Origin: a virus
Taxonomy: Duplodnaviria; Caudoviricetes
Direction: 5' to 3' (one strand)
Virus record (IMG/VR): IMGVR_UViG_3300034407_004086
Coordinates: 1 to 27,540 of that record
DNA length: 27,540 nt
Below the pieces are notes generated by a model. That model ran no database searches and had not been told where the DNA came from. It saw only the letters and a list, made by a program, of their open reading frames with translations. A program made the translations under genes and the position numbers. Positions 26,530-27,540 of the stretch are shown here, in pieces (position 1 is the first letter of the stretch; each line of letters begins with the position of its first letter).

Positions 26530-27540
26530 TTATCTATAATAATTATCTAAACTTGGATTCGATCCTGTGGTAGGGGCGTCCCCGCCAACTACTTGGCTAG
26601 GTTTAGCTCCATATAAATTGTATGCATAAACTAAATCTTTAACCTTTGATTGTGAAGCTGTAAACGCATCATAAATACCTTTTGCTGCGACATTTTTATT
26701 TGGTTTTTGTATCATAGAATCACCTTCTCGTATTACTTGAAAATCAGAAACCCCGTCGGTACCTGCGATTCCTCGCAATACATTTCTATGAGCCTTTCTG
26801 TTGTATTCAGTTAAATACATTTCGCGCAAGATAGCTTGTTCTTCTAAATTAAAACCCTGAGGGTTATACCCGCTAAAAGAAGTAAATATTAAAGTGTTAA
26901 GTTCGCCTAAATGACCTTCGAGCCAATTAGAAATCAATCCAATTTCTGTTGTCCTTTCTTGCCCCGTGTGAAAACCTAACTCTTCGTCGTATATTTTTGT
27001 TGCTAGAACTCCTAGGTCAGTTCCATTATAACTTACTGGATTCTCAAGTCCAATACTAGCAAATAAATCAGAAAGATCTTCAACCGCCTTGGATAGGCTT
27101 GATATTTCCGTTTGATCCAATGCTGGGCTTGCGGCAAGGCTGGAAACATCTGTATCTAAAGAAATGTCTTTTGCGGCAAGGCTGGAAATTTCTACTGACC
27201 CTGATAAAGGGTTCTCTGCTAAACCTGATAGACCACTTTCTAACTCTGCATCTTTCGCTGCTAAACTAGATATTTCAGTGTTTGCAGATAAAGGGTTTGC
27301 AGCCAAGCTAGAAATATCACTTTCTAATTCAACATCTTGCGACGCCAGACTTGAAACGTCTGTGTCTAAACTTAAATCTTTTAAATTTAAGGCTGTATCC
27401 TGTGCAGCCAAACTAGAAATGTCAGTAGAGTCAACTGTATTCTGAGCTGCGAGGCTAGAAACATCAACATCTAAATCTAAATCCTTAGCAGCTAAACTTG
27501 AAACGTCTGTAGTCGATTCAGTATCCTGTGCAGCCAAACT
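26530..27540 (-). CDS. Heptad-repeat (14-aa) fibrous protein with globular C-terminal domain; 5' truncated, probably structural
   Basis: Frame open to the window edge; about ten (D/E)(V/I)SSLAA repeats, then a ~170-aa non-repetitive domain. Confidence 0.7.
   Translation of the reverse strand, partial: SLAAQDTESTTDVSSLAAKDLDLDVDVSSLAAQNTVDSTDISSLAAQDTALNLKDLSLDTDVSSLASQDVELESDISSLAANPLSANTEISSLAAKDAELESGLSGLAENPLSGSVEISSLAAKDISLDTDVSSLAASPALDQTEISSLSKAVEDLSDLFASIGLENPVSYNGTDLGVLATKIYDEELGFHTGQERTTEIGLISNWLEGHLGELNTLIFTSFSGYNPQGFNLEEQAILREMYLTEYNRKAHRNVLRGIAGTDGVSDFQVIREGDSMIQKPNKNVAAKGIYDAFTASQSKVKDLVYAYNLYGAKPSQVVGGDAPTTGSNPSLDNYYR
27094..27540. repeat. Degenerate 42-bp coding tandem repeat
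   Basis: TTGCGGCAAGGCTGGAAA at 27129 and 27171 (42 apart); GTATCCTGTGCAGCCAAACT at 27395 and 27521 (126 apart). Confidence 0.85.

Noticed and set aside
2565-27445. Short ORF-track calls lying inside larger genes (e.g. 2565-2759, 7586-8041, 12743-13096, 15139-15381, 24772-25101, 27164-27445)
   Set aside because: Antisense or out-of-frame shadows of well-supported genes, with no recognisable motifs.
27094-27540. 42-bp repeats as a CRISPR array
   Set aside because: Degenerate, in-frame, with variation at synonymous positions; a protein-coding repeat.
1-27540. tRNA/rRNA genes, IS elements, stop-codon recoding
   Set aside because: Intergenic gaps are short and AT-rich with no cloverleaf; no transposase; TAA, TAG and TGA all end full-length genes under the standard code.

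Overview
AT-rich, gene-dense window that reads as part of a large lytic dsDNA bacteriophage genome rather than a cellular chromosome. It holds a replication/recombination block (RecA C-terminus, endonuclease, DnaB helicase, primase, RecB/Cas4-like exonuclease) coupled to a Nudix gene and the GDP-fucose genes gmd/fcl. There are also modular basic proteins, an HNH nuclease and Hsp20. An envelope cassette follows (TorF/Gcw_chp-like porin, small membrane protein, secreted protein, DUF1549/DUF1553 CxxCH protein, Tat-exported DUF1501 protein) that points to a Verrucomicrobia/Planctomycetes host. The rest is a class I RNR whose small subunit has the class Ic (Mn/Fe, no radical Tyr) signature, a membrane-anchored papain-like protease on an (EP)26 stalk, a DNA polymerase III split into PHP + DEDDh exonuclease + catalytic core genes, a ClpC-like ATPase and a partial heptad-repeat protein. 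The most striking non-coding pattern is a three-part expression grammar: (i) sigma70-type promoters placed so that transcripts would be leaderless; (ii) a GTGTA-N9-11-ATG element before 7-8 genes on both strands, probably a phage-specific promoter; (iii) one sigma54-like site plus the only clear Shine-Dalgarno, before hsp20. All family assignments come from motif recognition by eye, without database searches.
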